Source: Acidobacteriota bacterium
GTDB taxonomy: Bacteria > Acidobacteriota > UBA6911 > RPQK01 > CBDFMZ01
Direction of reading: 5' to 3'
DNA length: 64,000 nt
NCBI GenBank assembly: GCA_965249865.1
Contig: CBDFMZ010000001.1
Span: 128,415 to 192,414, forward strand
Shown: piece after piece, positions 62,239 through 64,000 of the stretch
Numbering within the stretch: position 1 is the stretch's first letter
How the letters are laid out: each line of letters begins with the position of its first letter
The notes under the pieces: model-generated
Told to the model about the DNA's origin: nothing
The model's database searches: none
What the model saw: the letters and a program-made list of their open reading frames with translations, nothing else
Position numbers and translations under genes: made by a program

Positions 62239-62962
62239 AACTGATAACATCGAAAAAGGGCCACCTGGCAAGATGACTCAAGCTGATGTAAAGACAACTC
62301 CAAACCACCCACAATCAACCTTGCGGCTGGTAACAGCCTACTAACCATCCTCCCAGTTCTGCCAGAAGAAAAGAGGTTAAAACCGGACCCTAGTGAATCC
62401 CGGTGTTTCGCATCCACTTCGATTGATTTGAGTTAACTGATTGATGTAACAAAGGATAGACTGGTGGAGGTAAGCGTACTCGAATCGCTGACACCCTGCT
62501 CGCAAAAAAGATTCCCGCTTTTGGCGGAAACGTCTAATTTTCGGGGCTTTTGGTTTCAAGCAGTTGCGGCGGATTTGTTGAGCTGTGTTGAGATTTGCGG
62601 GTTTGGGGTGCTTTCACCAGCTACGAAATTGACTACACTCGCTTTTTCATTCGTCACCCTGAAAGGCCACGGTACAACCCCGAAAAACCAGACCTGCAAA
62701 GATTGCTGGACCACCACACCGCTTTGCACAGCGGTTGGAAAACGGTTCGCCTCCGCTCACCGTTTTCCACCGTTCCCACAGTTGCTGCCGCTGCTGGATA
62801 TATACGTCTTGGATTCTCTCAGAATGTTATCGTAGGCAGTACCTCCAAGACACGACGATCTACGCACGCCTTGTCTCATCGACCTGTGACAAAATGGCAA
62901 TCAATGCGACATCGCCCAGCATGTCTATTACGCATTTCCCATAAAATAGTTGATATTGCCTT

Positions 62963-63352
62963 CTAGCGGACTTTCGCATCTTTCTTTCGATCTCGTTTTG
63001 CAGCCTTGGCAGTTGGCGTCGTTTGTCGCTTCGACGCTCGACCACCCTTCTTAGCTTGAGCAACCGCCTCCACTTTACGGGCTTCGCCCCGCTTCTTTAC
63101 CACTCGGCGGCCAGGTGGTCGTCCACGTCGAGCTCCACGCCTACCTTTCTCGAACTGATCCGCCAACTCACCCAGAAGTCTTGTTGCTGAGTCACGGATC
63201 GTAAGAAGTCGCTCTGCAATCTGCTTGCGCTCTGCACTCAATTCCCTAACTCCAGCCTCTAAACTACCAATGAATTTCCCAACTTCCTCGGCGTAATCAG
63301 CAATATGTTTTGCAGTTTCGCTTTCTGGTTTGTCCTTTTTCCGTTCAGCCAT
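62963..63352 (-). CDS. hypothetical protein with lysine/arginine-rich histone-H1/Hc1-like C-terminal tail
   Basis: 129 aa with an N-terminal helical part and a tail ...RRGARRGRPPGRRVVKKRGEARKVEAVAQAKKGGRASKRQTTPTAKAAKRDRKKDAKVR. Confidence 0.5.
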   Translation of the reverse strand: MAERKKDKPESETAKHIADYAEEVGKFIGSLEAGVRELSAERKQIAERLLTIRDSATRLLGELADQFEKGRRGARRGRPPGRRVVKKRGEARKVEAVAQAKKGGRASKRQTTPTAKAAKRDRKKDAKVR

Positions 63353-63368
63353 TTGCCTTCAGTTCCTC

Positions 63369-64000
63369 CTAGTCAACCCGCCAGCTCTCCTTGAGGTAGA
63401 GATGGAGCAGTATGGGATACATTAGGGTGTTAATCTTCTGTTCGTTTTCATGTTTTGGATCCAACGCCCCTTTCCCAAAGACAAGTGAGGCTTGAAACAC
63501 TTCCGGTGTGAGGTATCTTGTATCTACATTAATCTCGATACTCTTTGTCTTTCTATTGACAATCTCAACCGGTATGGATCTCCAACCAAGAAACCATCCC
63601 CAATCACCAAAGCTAGGAACGTTGTCATGGTAGGGAAGTGTATTTAGTCCTGCTGCCTCGATAGTCCTCTGAATGCAGAGGTAAGATTCTCTTGCATGGT
63701 AAGGTGACGTTGCCTGGACCACAATCATCCCATTCTCTGCGAGCCGTCCCTTTAGTTTCAGATAGAACTCCTTGCTGTAGAGCTTAGCCAATTCAATTGT
63801 ATTGGGATCAGGAAAGTCCAAAATGATCACATTGTAATAGCCTGGGATCTCACTGACAAATTTATCAGCATCAAGATTGATTACATCAACCGTTGTCACT
63901 CGCTCTGTAATTGGCTGACCTTTCTTACGACCTTCTGTATAGTATTCTCCAGTCTCAACAAAGACAGGTCTCTTACCGGCACTTGTGATGGCATTTGATA
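63369..64000 (-). CDS. spermidine-synthase-like (PABS family) protein, 5' end beyond window
   Basis: ...YNVIILDFPDPNTIELAKLYSKEFYLKLKGRLAENGMIVVQATSP resembles the PABS C-terminal region (YDVIIxDxxDP...LFtxEFY). The frame stays open to position 64000. The local GC is visibly lower than in the rest of the window. Confidence 0.55.
   Translation of the reverse strand, partial: SNAITSAGKRPVFVETGEYYTEGRKKGQPITERVTTVDVINLDADKFVSEIPGYYNVIILDFPDPNTIELAKLYSKEFYLKLKGRLAENGMIVVQATSPYHARESYLCIQRTIEAAGLNTLPYHDNVPSFGDWGWFLGWRSIPVEIVNRKTKSIEINVDTRYLTPEVFQASLVFGKGALDPKHENEQKINTLMYPILLHLYLKESWRVD

Noticed and set aside
62541-62600. tmRNA-like 5' end (ggggcttttggtttc...)
   Set aside because: No downstream tag-peptide ORF ending in ...ALAA*, no T-arm/acceptor with CCA, and no tRNA-like pairing were found.

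Overview
This is a 64-kb chromosomal segment from a bacterium. The adjacent DUF1501 (TAT-signal sulfatase-like) and DUF1553/PSCyt (planctomycete-cytochrome-like) genes suggest the Planctomycetota/Verrucomicrobiota (PVC) group, but that is inference. The first ~41 kb is conserved housekeeping. The minus strand carries an argB-argD-argC operon headed by a P-loop DUF1611-like gene, then rsmI, pdxJ, a GT2 gene coupled to gltX, pyrF-carB..carA, lepB, and an rplM-rpsI / rpsB-tsf-pyrH-frr cluster. The plus strand carries pdaD, an M24 peptidase, tRNA-Ile(GAT) and tyrS. The last ~23 kb (41.5-64 kb) looks accessory and decayed. It holds a universal-stress-protein gene remnant, an LLM/PPOX-like oxidoreductase pair, an Nramp-like paralog broken in at least five frames, DUF523/DUF1722, DUF481 and ABM genes, a BNR sialidase-like gene, the DUF1501+DUF1553 pair, a BKACE + aldo/keto-reductase pair, a 5'-truncated and internally deleted integron-integrase (intI) pseudogene, a frameshifted ThuA-like gene, and a low-GC tail with a lysine-rich histone-like ORF and a spermidine-synthase-like gene running off the window. 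The most striking unexplained structure is a family of small MITE/REP-like palindromic elements. At least six copies sit in intergenic regions, and two are complete ~125-160-bp elements with ~38-bp terminal inverted repeats. Three otherwise intact genes carry single-base frameshifts at short homopolymers, which suggests indel sequencing errors or very recent decay. A triple TTATG(C/T)ATAA palindrome upstream of the arg operon looks like an ArgR-type operator. No CRISPR array, rRNA gene or recognisable defence system was seen.
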